Origin: Octopus vulgaris
Taxonomy: Eukaryota
Length of the DNA: 64,000 nucleotides
Direction of reading: 5' to 3'
Assembly (NCBI GenBank): GCA_951406725.2
Contig: OX597838.1
Coordinates: 19,468,001 to 19,532,000, forward strand
Every line of letters begins with the position of its first letter. Position 1 is the first letter of the stretch. Shown one piece after another: positions 26,684-41,589 of this stretch. The translations under genes and the position numbers were made by a program. The notes under the pieces were generated by a model. It saw nothing but the letters and a program-made list of their open reading frames with translations. It searched no databases and was not told the DNA's origin.

Positions 26684-28066
26684 AAGTTTTCTATCCACTC
26701 CGAAAGAACAAAAATCGACGTCGACAGGATTTGAACTGTGTACGCAAAGGGACGTAACTAACAAAATACCACAAGACATGCAATCCATCGTTCGTCTTAT
26801 TCTACCATTCCACGAACATTCCTCGCAGGCATTCATAGCTAAGTTTTACTTTTACTTTGAAGTGTCTCACCCACCTCCATACCTCACTCTCTCTATCGAT
26901 TTCTATAGCTCTCTTCCTCTCATATTGTGTCACAACCAAGACGATCATCTCTTCACGAGGATGATGATAACTTAAATTAACAACGACGGCGACGATGACG
27001 ATGATAGTGGTGGAGGTGGTGGAGATGGTAGAAAATTTCTCACACAGGTGAGAGGACAGAAAATTCGGTGGGAGATGCGGTGTGGGGGAAGTAGGTCGGT
27101 TATATCGATTCCCTAAGTACATCGCTTAGTTAGTACTTTATTTTACCGACACAGGGCTAACGAAAAACAAACAAACACACAAACAAACAAAAAAGGCAAA
27201 AACAAAAATGTAAAGTTGACCTCGGTGAGGTTTCAACTCGGAATGTATAATGTAAAGAGCCCGAACAAATACCGCAAGGTATTTTTGTTCGACGCGCCAA
27301 CGATTCGGCCTTATCAATCCAATAACAGAAACGATGATGACGACGATGATAGCAATGATAATACTAGTGATGACGATGATAGTGTAGGCAATAACAATAA
27401 CGATAAGATCGTCGACTGACGATATTGATGATGATGATATAATAATAAAGAACATGGTGACGATAATGATGACAATAATAATGACAATAATAATGAATAC
27501 GATGACGATGGTGATGATGATGATGTCAATGTTTCTTCAAAATGACACAGAAAAACCACAGGGTGGGGACGAAGGTGAATGAATGAGTGGGTGGGTAGCT
27601 GTTATTTTATGTATGTGTGTTTTTATTATTATTATTTATCGGGGTAGATTTGACGGTAGATAAAGTTAAGCAACGTTCATACCCCATTGTTCTTACACAC
27701 ACACACACACACACACACCACACACACACAAACTTCATCTTTTGAAGAACGAACACCTCCCCTCCTCCTCCTTTCTCTCTCTCTCTCTCTCACCCCACCC
27801 ACCCCACACTCGTCGAAGTTAATCGTAAGAAACCTCCCTCCATCCACCCGATTATACCACTTCCCTGGGGGTGGGGGATGGAGAAATCCAGTTCTGGAAA
27901 CTGCATTTCGAAAAAAACCTAATTGTGTCTTTGTGGATTAACAGTTTCGTGTTTGTTGCTTTTGTTTTTATAAACTTTTCCCCTGTGTGTGTGTTTAAGT
28001 GTACGTATGTGTGCAAATACACACACACATATATAAAATAAGTAAAATACATACATATATGTGTGA

Positions 28067-28112
<46 letters not shown>

Positions 28113-28193
28113 ATATATATATATATATATATACATACACATACATATACATACATATATACATGCACACGTACATAAATATGTCGGTGGGTG

Positions 28194-28225
<32 letters not shown>

Positions 28226-28284
28226 ACATATGTATAATATATACACGCACAGATACATAATAAACATGCATATACACTTACATA

Positions 28285-28334
<50 letters not shown>

Positions 28335-28570
28335 TATATACATACATAGATATATTGTGAGTTTATACATATATTTGTTTGTATATATGTATATATATAA
28401 ACAATATTTAGTTTCTGCGGCATATATACTACTTACGTATATAGTAAATATGCATATAATACACATACATGTAACTATACATACATACATGTGAGTATAT
28501 ATGTATGTGTCTGTATGTATTATGAACATACACACACACACACACACATACGATTAGTAGTATTGACGGT

Positions 28571-28642
28571 ACTATTACTACTACTATTACTACTACTACT
28601 ACTACTACTATTACTACCACTACCAGGGGTTCGTAGTGGTTA

Positions 28643-28693
<51 letters not shown>
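28571..28693. repeat. Inverted (CTA)n / (TAG)n microsatellite palindrome
   Basis: (CTA)n...ACCACTAC-CAGGGGTTC-GTAGTGGT...(TAG)n. Confidence 0.85.
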
Positions 28694-29269
28694 AAATAGT
28701 TCAAAGCCCGAGTGACAGAAGTTTGAGTGAAGTATTCGGAATGGTATGTGCGTATATATAATATACATGTGTAGTATATGCATGTAAGCATTTGCAAGTG
28801 TGCATATGTCTATAGAAAAAAGCAAATTACAAAACAAAAACAAATACGATACGCGTACAGGTTTTATAATTTCTGTATTTTTTTACTTGTGTCTGTGAGT
28901 GAGTGAGTGTGTGTGTTTAAGCATATATGCATGTATTTTGTAAATATGCGAATTCATACAAAAACATATAAACATACATGCTATGTTTGTGTGTGTATGA
29001 ACACACACATATATATATATATCTGTACATATTTTTAAATGTGTCCCCGTACATATGCATATTATAGTTGTATGTATGTATGTATGTATGTATATATGTA
29101 TGTATGTATGTATGGTGTATGTATGTATGTATGTATGTAATTACACACACATATATGTTCTTAGCTCTTTGGCTTGTTTCAAGCCAGCATAGCGTAGGCC
29201 AGGCTGGAGCAGTTCATCTACTACACACACGTGCGCGCGCGTATATAAATATATACATGGAGATAGATG

Positions 29270-29302
<33 letters not shown>

Positions 29303-29473
29303 GTAGATATATATATATAGAGATGCATATATTTGTTTATATATATGTATACATATATGTATAAATGTATATGTGTGTGTGCGTATATAATTCTTTTAAT
29401 ATATAAATATGTATGCGTGTGTGCATGTTTATGTTTAAACCAATACGCGTCATGTACATATATATATACATAC

Positions 29474-29532
<59 letters not shown>

Positions 29533-29582
29533 GATTTATTATTGTTATATATATATGTGTGCGTGTGTAATTCGTATGTATG

Positions 29583-29649
<67 letters not shown>

Positions 29650-30433
29650 ACATGTGTGAATGTGTCTGAGTGTGTATATGTTATTTTCTTTTGTACTTTT
29701 CTCATTGTTTTTATAATTTTGTTTCTCCGTGTTATTTGTTATTGTTGTGGTCATTTTTCCCATTTTCTGTATATCCACAATCACAATCCACATCTACACA
29801 CAACAACGTATTCATCAACGTACGGGGTTCGTATAATACATGTAACCTCCGTATACATATGTACGTATGCATGTGTACATGTATGCATGTGTGTATGCGT
29901 ATGCGCATGTATATACATGCGTGTAAGCGTATATGCATGCATGTGTATGTAGCGTGTGCGTGTGCGCGCGTACGTACGTAACGTGGGGGACCCCGTTATT
30001 ATATGTCTTGTGGTCCTTGTTTGTCGATGTTTGCTGTGTTAATTGTTTGTTGTTTAGGACTTACCTAAGAGGGCACATCCCGAATATAGTTCAGTAATAG
30101 ACGGAATAACACACCGAGCGAACAGTCTGCCATTTTGAATAACTTAGACATGTGAAGTCAAAGTGGAGAGTCTATTATCAGTACATGTGGCTCTCTCTCT
30201 CTCTCTTTCTTTCTCTCTCTCTATCCCTCTGTCTTTCTCTCTTTCTCCTTCTCCCTCACTTTTATGTACACTTTCTATCTATCGCTATCCATCTACATAG
30301 TTAACTAGCTCTCGCTTTCTCTACTTCTAATTCTATGATTTCTCTCTCTCTTTTTCAGTCTCTCTCTCTATCCATCCATCTATCTATCTCTCTATCCATT
30401 CATCCATCTATCTATCTCTCTATCCATCCATCC

Positions 30434-30499
<66 letters not shown>

Positions 30500-30527
30500 A
30501 TCTCTCTATCCATCCATCTATCCATCC

Positions 30528-30576
<49 letters not shown>

Positions 30577-30631
30577 GCCATCCATCCATCCATCTATCCA
30601 TCCATGCACCCGTCCGTCTGTCCCTCCGTCT

Positions 30632-30738
<107 letters not shown>

Positions 30739-33156
30739 GTCTGTCTATCTATCCGTCTGTCTGTCTGTCCTATATAGTTAGCTAATGCTCTTTTTCTTTC
30801 GCTATTTATCTAACTAGCTCTAGCTATCCCTCCCTCTCTCCTATTTACTCGCCTATCTATCTTTCTTTCTCTCTCTCTCTCTCTCTCTATCCCATCAGCT
30901 TTATTTCTCCCTCTTTCTCACTCCACATTTCATCTGCTCAATATGCCTCTATTTTTCTCCCTTTCTGTCTCCCATTCTCTTTCTATCTGTTTTTCTCTTT
31001 CTTTCTTTTCTGCTCTCATTCTGTCTCTAATTATCGCCTTCACTTTTTTTCTAATTAGATCGCTTGTCCTCTTTTTCTCTCATTCTTTCTCACTCTGTCT
31101 TTCTCTCTCTCTCGCTCTCTTCAGCTGTCTCCATCTATCTATCTATCGTTCTCTCTATCTCTCCCGCCTGTTCACTTTCTCCTTGTCTTTTTATTTTGTT
31201 AGGTTTTTTCCTATCTCACCTGCTTTCTCTCTCTCTCTCTCTCTCTCTCACATTTTCTCTTTTTCTTCTGCAGTCCCTGTATATCTATCACTGTCTATCT
31301 ATCCCTGTCTCTCTTAGTATATCTCTCTCTACTTTCACTATGTCTCTAACTCTCTCACTCTCTCTTTCACTCTCTCTATCAGTCTGTCTCTGTCTCTCTC
31401 TCTTTCTCCCCCCTCCTAAGTGCGTCTGTATGTGTGTGAGACTGTCTGTTGTATGGCTCTATGCTGCTGTGGCAGTGAGTGTGACAATGTCCGTCTGTGA
31501 TGTATGTGGCTGCTGTGGGCTGTGACTGAATGTGAATAGGTTTCTAACATGTAAGTATGTATGTACGTATGTGTAGGTGAGCGTGTGTGCGTCTATCTAT
31601 ATGTCCGTGTGTGCGTGTGGAGAGGGTAGTGAGTGTGAACGAGTCTCATATTTATGTACAAATGCGTATGTGTGCGGCTGCTGTGGCTGTTGCTGTGAGT
31701 GTGACTAGATTTCTCACATGTATGTGTCTGTATTTGTATCCGCGTACGTCCGTGTGTGTGTGTGTACGTGCGCAAGTCTGTGTATATGTGTATGGATGTG
31801 TCTGTAATATGTATATATGTATGTGTTTGTGTCTGTGTGCGGCTGCTGTGGCCGTGGTTGTGTATGCATGAGCCTCTGATATGTAATACATATATATGTA
31901 TGTCCGCCGTGTCTCTGTGTATGTGTGTGTATAAGAGACTGACGGGCGATAATATGTGTCTGTATATGTGTGCGTGCCAGCATGTTGTAGCGGCGTTGCG
32001 TGTGTGTGCTTACATGCTGTGTGCTGTGTGTGTGTGTGCGTGCTTACATGCTGTGTTCTGTGTGCGCTTACATGCTGTGTGTGTGTGCTTACATGATGTT
32101 GTCATTGCGTGTATCGATGTGGTTGTCGATGTGTGTGGTATGTGTCGGGTGTATGTACACGTCTGTACGCTAGTATGACTGTGTCTGCACTTGTCTGACT
32201 GTGTGTGTGTCTGTGTGGGCTACCGTGGTCGGATGGTTATGTGTATGAGTTTGTGTGTGTGTGTGTGTGTGTGCGTGTATGTGTGCGCCTAAATGTTGCT
32301 GACTGAATCGCTCTAATGTGTGTGTGTGTGTGTAGATATGTGCTGTCGTCGTTGTGTGTATGTATGAACATGTGTGCCGCTGGAGTTATTTTTGTGTGTG
32401 TTTGTACCTGGATGTATATGTATGTTATAGCTGTGTGTGTGTGTGTATATCGTTCTGACTATATGTGTATGTTATAGCATGCTTTTATGATTAAGGTCAG
32501 TATGTATGTGAATATTTACACATGTATGTGTGTACGTATGTGCCAGCCATCGTGTCCCCACTGTTGCGTTTTGTACGTTTGGTTAAATGTGTGTGTACAC
32601 ACACACGTGTGTTTGTGGGAATGTACATATGTATGCATACGTGTGTATGTGTGTTTGTGTGTGTGTGTGTGTATGTGTGTGTGTGCCGCTGCTTGAATGC
32701 TATGGCAGTGGCTACGAGAAGTATGTGTATATAAATGAGTGTGTATGGTGTGTGTGTATATGGTGTGTGTGAGTGTGCGTGTAGTGGCGGTGGCGGTGGT
32801 GTGTGCATATGCGTGTGTGTCTGTGTGTGCGTGTGTAAATTATTGCTTTGAGTGACTGACAAGTTTGTGTGTTTGTGAGTGCATGTGATTGAGTGACTAT
32901 TGTAGGTGATGTGTGAGCATGTACGTGTGCGTATGTATGCGTGTGTATGTGTGTGTATTATGTACAGCTGTGGTTAACTGTGATAACGTGTGTGTGTGTG
33001 TGTATGTGTGTTCATTTGTACATTGTATATTAACGTGTGGTCACTAGTGTATATATGCTGTACATATACTGTATGAATGTATGTATGTATCCGTTTATAA
33101 AGCATATATCGCTGTGGTTAATTGCGATATTATGTGTATTTTGGCAGTCTCACAGT

Positions 33157-33225
<69 letters not shown>

Positions 33226-33770
33226 AGAGAGAGAGGGGGGTAGAGAATAAGTGTGTGTGTGTGTGTGTTCGTTTGTACAATGTGCTGTTGTAGTTGACTG
33301 CGATAGTGCGTGTGTGTGTGTCTGCTTTACGGTTTCAGCATGTGGCCGTGTGTAAGTATGTACGTGTGAGTACGTACGTACGTGTGCGTGTGTTTGTGTG
33401 TGTGTGTGTGTGTGTACGTATATGAGTGTCTCTGTGTGTGTTCGTTTGTAGGATGTGCTGTTTCGTGGTTGTGGTTGTGGTTGACTGCAATAGTGCTTAG
33501 TCTTGTAAGCGCGCGCGCGTGTGTGTGTGTGTGTGTGGTGTGTTCGGCGGTTACTGCTCTCGCTGACTGCATGTGTCTATCTACTTAACTGTGTGTGTGT
33601 GTGTATGTGTGTAGGGGCGGTATGTGCTTGTGTCTGTGTGTGTTCTTGGATGTGACACTTGCCGTCTTGTGTAATGTGTCCGTCTGTGCATATGTATGCA
33701 TGTTCGTGCTGTTTCAGTGAGGTGTTTTCTGTTGCGGTTACGCTCGTCTGTTTTGGTATTTATCTGTCCG

Positions 33771-33826
<56 letters not shown>

Positions 33827-33894
33827 TATATATATATACATACACATATATAAATGGGTATATATGTGTGTGTATGCCCTATATATTATATCCA

Positions 33895-33959
<65 letters not shown>

Positions 33960-34186
33960 CACATACACATACGTACATACATATATGTGTGGGGGTTGGG
34001 TCTATGTGTCCGTGAACATGTTTGTTTATGTTTACACTCTTAAAAACCGGTGTTGTGTATGTTATGTCCCTTTGTCGCCTGCGACTTGGCCTTTGGGGGT
34101 TGAAAGCGATCAACTACTACAATATTGCAGGTGATTGATACCCAGGTATAAACGCAGCCCAGTGACCAGAGCGAGAAGAATAGATT

Positions 34187-34342
34187 GGCGTGGGTGTGTG
34201 GTAAGAAGCTTGCTTCCCAACCACATGGTTCCAGGTTCAGTCCCACTGCTCGGCACCTTGGGCAAGTGTCTTCTACTATAGCCTCGGGCCGACCAAAATC
34301 TTGTCAGTGGATTTGGTAGACGGAAACTAAAAGAAGCCCGTC

Positions 34343-34398
<56 letters not shown>

Positions 34399-34602
34399 CC
34401 TTGTGTGTGTTTCTTCCCCCCATCGTCGTTTGACAACTGATGTTGGTGTGTTTACGTTCCCGTAACTTAGCGGTTCGGCAAAAGGAAACCGACAGAATAA
34501 GTGCCAAGGCCTACAAGGTGTAAGTCCTGGGGTCGATTTCTTCGACTAAAAGAGTGGTGCTCCAGCATGGCCGCAGTCAAATGACTGAAACAGATGAAAG
34601 AA
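34187..34602 (+). mobile_element. SINE family B
   Basis: Full-length match with internal (TA)n(TG)n. Confidence 0.9.
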
Positions 34603-35244
34603 TATATATATATATATACATATATATGTATATATATATACATATGTGTGTGTGTGTGCTGGAGGCCATATCTTTTGTGTATGTATTGTTTGTGCGATTG
34701 TAAGCCGTTGTTTATGTTTTGTATAGAGGCAAATCTGCTTGTATGTATGTGTTTGTGTACATGCCTTGCGCGCGCCTATGTATTTGCGTATACATATATA
34801 TACATGTGTATGTGTGTTGTGTCTACGTGTGAACGTATACATGTATATGCCAACGTGTTTGCATATAACATTGGACATGTGTTGAATGACCATGTGCAAC
34901 ATGTATAAAGCGACCTCTTGTATTCTATATATATCCCACATGTAAATCTATTAATGTGTAATATGTATACACTCTCGTATACGCGTATATCAATAGCCTG
35001 GTGTGTAGAATAGCCATGTTAACCTTATCTAAGCGTGTCTCTGTGTTTGTATACTTGTATACACGCAAACTATAAACACACCACAATACCCGTGCGTTGA
35101 TCTACTCACGCACCCTATCCGTCCTTAAACTCTTGCGACAATTCCCCTCTTCTTTTTCTCTTCTCCATCTTCAGCTGTCTCTATATGTATGTGTATGTGC
35201 TTATATGTATGTACTTATATGAATGTGTGTATGTTGCCTTCGGT

Positions 35245-35470
35245 GTTGTTTAGCCACCCGTCTGGCCTGATCCTATAAGCATATATGACCAAAGACGTCC
35301 CAGCAGAGACTATCTTATCAGTTTGTTTTTTTTCTTATGTGCAAGAAAAACTCGGATCATATTATCCAAAGTGTCCACCGATTTTTAAAAGATGGTCGGC
35401 GACGATGATGGCAGTAAGTTATGATTTGAAGGAAATTTGGCTGCTATTTCTTGAAGGTTGTGTGACCACG
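35245..35470 (+). mobile_element. Old SINE-like family E fragment
   Basis: TTGTTTAGCC...CCTGATC...ATTTGGCTGCTATTTCT; related pieces at about 36685, 39100, 50925 (-), 52895-52960 (-) and 60890 (-). Confidence 0.5.
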
Positions 35471-35689
35471 AAGCGGCTCTGGAGCGTTTAGTCGAGACGG
35501 CTGACATCTCTCACCTGCAAATGTCTGTCTTCTCCGTCCTTGTATGATGGGATTGTTGTTGAAAAATCTTATTGCTTATGGAACTAACAGGGTCAAGCGG
35601 AGACAAATCCAACACAGGTGACACAATAATATTAATGATAATATGGGTAATGATAATTATTAACAGTAAATGCTTGAAATTTAGGCACA

Positions 35690-36320
35690 AGACCAGAAAT
35701 TTGTAGGGGTGGGGGGTTAAATTTAATCGACTCAATATTTGATATTTTATTGATCCCGGTAAGATGAAAGGTAAACTTGATCTTGGCAGGATTTGAACTC
35801 AGAACGCAAAGAGACGTAACTAAATGCTGCAAGATGTTTTGTACGACGCTTTAACGATTCTGCCAAATCACCCACCACCGTAAAAATTTCTAACGTTGGT
35901 AATAAGGTCGACACGGTCAATCTTTTTCGAGAAGCGTGCCGCATGAGACAAAGCTATATATAATGAAAGGAATTGTTGTATACAGTGCTCCTGGGCACTA
36001 GAACTAAAAAAAAAAAAAAGGGCTGATCATCAGGCGGGCCACACTACAAAAAAAAAAAAGAATTCAAGATTTCTGTCGGGCATTCCATTAAGAAAGTCCC
36101 GCAGCTTGCCCAAGACTGATATAAGGCCTTAAATTTAGAGGTGGAGGGCTTTCAGTAATATCGATCCCCTTACTTAACGGGTACTTAGTACTTTAAGTTA
36201 TCAATCCTAGAAGGTTGAAAGGCGAAGTTGACCTCGGCAAGGTTCGAACTCTAAACGTAAAGAACGGGAAAAATACTACAGCATATTTTTCCACCCGACA
36301 TTCTTAACGATTCAACCAAT
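35690..36320 (-). mobile_element. Two decayed family A-related SINEs (35690-35880, 36130-36320)
   Basis: GATGAAAGG...GA(T/C)CT(T/C)GGCA...TTGAACTC motifs. Confidence 0.65.
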
Positions 36321-37312
36321 CTATACTATTTTGTATTTAGGTACAGACGTACTTGCATGTATAGATGCATATAGATATGTCCGCTTGTGTGTGTGTGTAT
36401 GTGTGTTGTCGATGTGTGAGCGTGTGTGGTTGTATGTCTGAGTCTGCATGTGTCTGCTGTTATTGTTGATGTTGTTGTTGATGTTGTTGTTGCAGTTTAG
36501 CCCCAGGCCAGCCTTCTTCGAGCATACATATAAAGAAAGGAGTCCTTGTAGTGACCGCTTCACCATTTTGCATATTACGCAATGAATCAACTGTCCTTCT
36601 TTTAATAGAAATATAAACACCACAGACACACACACACACAGACACATGCATAAACACCTGTGTGTTTATATAATGTAACTCACAGGAAATTTGGCTGCTA
36701 TTTCTAGCTAGTTGAACGACTGTGTTTCGGTTCACTCGTAGTCGCAGAATGTGTGCACGCGTGCATGTGTATGTGTGCATGTGTGTAAGTTCGTGCATGT
36801 GTTAATGAATGCGTGTATGCGTTTGGCATTTGGCACTGTTGCATGCATAAACGACCTACTGCCCTTGTTTACATATGAGGGAGGTGTTTATGCATGCGTC
36901 TGTGTGTGTGTGTGTGTGTTTATATTTGTATGTGTGTGTGTGAGTGTATGTGTGTGTGTGGATTCTCGCATTTGGCCAACATTTGCCCGTATGAGGGTGT
37001 ATGTATGTATGTATGTATGTATGTATGTATGTATGTATGTATGTATGTATGTATGTATTTACGTATGTTTGTACGTATGTATGTATGCATGAAAACAAAT
37101 TTAGTCAGTACGATGAAGACACGTACACACTCACTCATGCATACATATACATATACATACATATACACATACATACATGCACACACATATACATACATTC
37201 ACATATCTATCCATCTATCCATCCATCCATACATACATACATACATACATACATACATACATACACGAAGATATAACCTACGGATGTGATATATTTACAT
37301 ATCCAGAGACAG

Positions 37313-37428
<116 letters not shown>

Positions 37429-37457
37429 CTCTCTCTATTTATCTATCTATCTATTTT

Positions 37458-37502
<45 letters not shown>

Positions 37503-38076
37503 TTTTCTATCTATCTATTTTTCTATCTATCTATCTATCTCTCTCTCTCTGTCAGTCTGTCTCTCTCTCACCCCCCTCTCTCTCTATATATATATACATA
37601 TGGAAAGAGAGGAGAGAGGGGGGGATTACGTGTGATGTGTAAGGTGTTTGCATTCGTCTAACTGCACTCGGGATCTCGTGTCTCGGGTTAATGGTTAATA
37701 TGCGTCTGTATGTGTGCATATGCTTATCTGTGCGTGCAGTTGGCAAGTTCCTACATGCATATGTACGAATGTAAGAATGTACGAATGTACGAATGTAAGA
37801 ATGTACGAATGTAAGAATGTAGGAATGTACATATGTATGAATGTACGTATGTATGTATATATGTATCTATGTATGTATGTATTATGTATGAATGTGAGTG
37901 TGAGAAAGTGCGTGTGTACGCATGCGTATCTACACCTGTTATATGCATGTCTGAATCGTAAACCTGTTCAGCGAAACCACCTCACGTGAATGAATGTGTG
38001 TGTGTGTGTGTCTGTGTGTGTTTATGTGCGTGCGTGTGTGTGTGTGCGTGCGTGTGTTTGTGCGTGTGTGTGTGTT

Positions 38077-38115
<39 letters not shown>

Positions 38116-38308
38116 TTGTTTGTTAGTATATGCGGGGGTGTGCGTCTGTCAATGTAGTGGGAGGTTGAATGAATGTATGTAAATGTGTGTGTGTCTACGT
38201 GTGTGTGTGTGCGTGTGTGTATGTGTGTGTGTGTGTATGTGATTGGTGAGTCTGTCTTGGCGTATAGTATGTCTCTGAGCGTATACGTGCGTGTATGAGC
38301 ATGTATGT

Positions 38309-38345
<37 letters not shown>

Positions 38346-38404
38346 GTTTTTAAGATGTGTTTGCGTCTGTGTGTATGCCTTGTGTGTAAGGTAAATATAT
38401 AATA

Positions 38405-38441
<37 letters not shown>

Positions 38442-38578
38442 ATTTCTTGTACGCTCGCGTCAGTGTGTCAATGTGTTATATATGTACGTAATGTTTATAT
38501 ATGCATGTGGTGTGTGCGTGTGTGTTTCTGCGCGCACGTGATGTCTGTGTGTGTGTATGTATGTATGTATGTATGTGT

Positions 38579-38636
<58 letters not shown>

Positions 38637-38642
38637 ATGTGT

Positions 38643-38695
<53 letters not shown>

Positions 38696-38829
38696 ATGCC
38701 TGGTTGGGTGAGTGCGGGCGTTAGTGTCAGAGCAGTGATTACGAAATGATGTGTGTGTGTGTGTGTATATGTGTTAAATGATGTGTGTGTGTGTGTGTGT
38801 ATTTGTGTTCTGTATGTGGTGTCTGTGCG

Positions 38830-38874
<45 letters not shown>

Positions 38875-39258
38875 CTGTTGTCCGCGTGAGCGCGTGCTAG
38901 TGTATGTGTGATATTTGTTGATATTAGTGTCTGTGTGTGTGTGTGTGGGGGGGTATGTAATGCGCGCGCGCCTGTTTTGTGTGTGTGGTGTTTATGCGTG
39001 ATGTATTTATTATCTAACGCGTAGATTCCGAGTTCGAATTCTGCCTGTGTTCTGCTTTGACTCTAGTTCAGATTTGACATGATATTTTGTTTTGTTTTTG
39101 TTGTTTAATCCGAGGTCAACCATAATTGAGCAGACATAGGATAATTATAGGCACTCCAGTTCTGGCCAACCTGTCCTATGAAATGAAACTATATCTTTTA
39201 TGAAAATAAAACTGGAAGAAAAAAAAAAAAAACGGAACGAAGAGGAAAGCTGGGCAAG

Positions 39259-39470
39259 CAGGCGTGGCCGTGTGGTAAGAAGTTTGATTCCGAACCACAC
39301 GGTTCTGTGTTCAGTTCCACTGCGTGGCACCTGGGAAAATGTCTTTTACTATAGTATCGGGCCAACCAAAGCCCGTTTTTTTTTTTTTACTTGATTTGGT
39401 AGACGGAAACTGAAAGATGCCCGTCGTATATATATATACATATGTGTGTGTGTGTGTGTGTGTGTGTTTA
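39259..39470 (+). mobile_element. SINE family B 5' half
   Basis: TGTGGTAAGAAG...CCACTGCGTGGCACC...GATTTGGTAGACGGAAACTGAAAG. Confidence 0.8.
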
Positions 39471-39539
39471 TATATATGTATGTGTATGTGCGGGGGTGGG
39501 GGTGTACACACATACACACACACACATATATATATAGGG

Positions 39540-39715
39540 GGAATTCGCAAAAAAACCCCCAAAAGACGAAGACAGGTGGTGTAGACAACAAACAGATGTA
39601 TTAGTATAACGCTCGGGAAGTGAAAAAGTCTTTAACGTTTCGAGCCTACGCTCTTCCACAGAAAGAAACAAGGAGAGAAAATAAGAATGTGTAGTGGCTA
39701 GCGATCTATCATGGC
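39540..39715 (-). mobile_element. Penelope-like terminal-repeat fragment with minimal HHR variant (39630-39665)
   Basis: Reverse complement CTTT-CTGTGGA-A-GAGC-GTAG-GCTC-GAAA-CG-TT-AAAG; homologous to 20010-20200. Confidence 0.55.
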
Positions 39716-39716
39716 G

Positions 39717-39782
<66 letters not shown>

Positions 39783-39794
39783 TAGTATCAACGC

Positions 39795-39849
39795 CTCCCC
39801 GGTGGAGAATCGAACACCGGTCTCCCATGTGACGCAGGTATACTTACCA
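39795..39849 (-). pseudogene. tRNA-Asp(GTC)-derived pseudogene fragment
   Basis: Reverse complement TGGTAAGTATACCTGCGTCACATGGGAGACCGGTGTTCGATTCTCCACCGGGGAG aligns with the 3' three quarters of eukaryotic tRNA-Asp; 5' acceptor strand missing, anticodon stem damaged. Confidence 0.75.
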
Positions 39850-39864
39850 GCGGTCCCATGGCTC

Positions 39865-39918
<54 letters not shown>

Positions 39919-40084
39919 CGTGTTTGAGGGAGGGTAAGGACATGGGATGATCAAATGCCATTTTTGTTACACAGTGGACAGGAGAAAAGAAAAACCGTAA
40001 ATAATACGGTAAGGAAGAGAGCACTAGTTAGAAGTTTAACCGGAACGCAATTCGTGGGACACAATGTATATATATATATATATA

Positions 40085-40140
40085 TTACAGACCATCGTTA
40101 ATTTCCACCGCTATCTGGACGACTGTTTTGCTATGCTTTC
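40085..40140 (+). pseudogene. Penelope-type reverse transcriptase fragment
   Basis: FHRYLDDCFAM (40103-40135) matches the RYxDDxF catalytic motif; short, with no further recognisable context. Confidence 0.45.
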
Positions 40141-40391
40141 GCTGCTAGGAGGGTCTTTTCCAGCATTACTTACAAGGCCAAATATCTGGTCTGCTCGAGA
40201 ATTGGGTCAGTTCGGATTTTCGGTTTCCCCAGATTTTCCGGATTTTCGAGAAGTACTTTTAAAATTCCGATTTAAGGAAGAATAAGTAAGAAAAGAAAAG
40301 GTAAATTTAGTTTATTCATCAACAAGTATAGCTTGATTCATTTATCAAAGCGAGCAATTTTACAGAAAAACAAAGGCAACATTTGACAATA

Positions 40392-40674
40392 CAGTAAACT
40401 CTCTCGCCATATCGCGGTTCACCTACCGTGGGGTTCACCTATCGCGGTTCACCTACCGTGGGGTTCACCTATCGCGGTTTATCATTTAAGCTTACGTCGA
40501 TTCCTCCGTGGTGTTGTTTTGCATTTATTATAAAATAAATATATACAAATTATAAAATTGTAAAAATAAAAATATACTGTACAATACTGTTTCTACTTCG
40601 CGGATTTTCACCTATCGTGTAGCGGTGGCGGGTGGGGGAGAGACGTAACACCCGCGATAATCGTGGGATTACTG
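40392..40674. mobile_element. Tc1/mariner Tigger/pogo-like MITE
   Basis: TA|CAGTAAACTCTC ... GGGATTACTG|TA; internal 30-bp tandem duplication at 40411-40470. Confidence 0.8.
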
Positions 40675-40947
40675 TATAACAAACATTTTTTTTTTTTTAC
40701 TTTGAGACACGGAAAGCGCATAATGCTTAAAGTTATGTTGAAAAATGAACGTTGTAAAAGAAAAATAGAGTAGATAGAAACAGCATCAATTGCATCAACC
40801 CCAGTACTTGACTGGTACTTATTTTGTCGACCCTGGAAGAATGAAAGACAAAGTGGATCTCGGTGGGACTTGAACTTAGAACGTAAAAGCAGACGAAATG
40901 CCCGCTAAGCATTTTGTGCGGAGTGTTATTCGATAGAATAAGTATGT

Positions 40948-41184
40948 GTCCCCATCCCAGTCCGTCGCAGCGTTACTCAAGAAACAGGAAGAGAGAATGA
41001 GAGAAAGTTGTGGCGAAAGAGTACAGCAGGGGGTCTCCACCACCGCCTGCCGGAACCTCGTGGAGCTCTTAGGTGTTTTCACTCAATAAACACACACAAC
41101 GCCCGGTCTGGGAATCCGAAACCGCGGTTCTCCGACCGCGAGTCCGCTGCCCTAACCATTGGGCCATTGGGCCATTGCGCCTCC
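40948..41184 (-). mobile_element. SINE family D, tail type 1, truncated (decayed family A piece at 40790-40920)
   Basis: Same head and body as 5905-6202. Confidence 0.85.
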
Positions 41185-41589
41185 ACTTTCTAATACTATA
41201 GCGAGTATTAAAATTCCTCAGCCAAACATCACTAAATATAATATGCCTATTTCTTCTGACTGAACGTTCATTTTACTTCTTAAAAGACTTTGCTTCGGCA
41301 ATAAGCACTGCTTTGTCGAGATTTTCTTATGTGCGCTGATGGAAGCTTTTCCCTTCAGCAATTTTATTGAGATACTCAGACGAGACAGAGAATTCTAGAC
41401 TTTTATTCTTTGCCTTTCTTTATATTGTCTTCATTTTCTCAACACAAGATTTATCTTCTTCAAGAGGCATTATTATGAGCGTATAAACATTACGCTATAC
41501 GTAATAAATGGAGAAAATAGGATTCAAATATACATGTCTTGCCACAATGTGATTGTTCGTTTAACGTTGGCAGCCATAACTTCTTTTTT

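Noticed and set aside
35505-35620. Possible minus-strand exon ending CAG|GTGAGA (similarly CAG|GTATGT at about 52927 on +)
   Set aside because: No recognisable peptide or partner exons; the second lies inside a SINE-like fragment.
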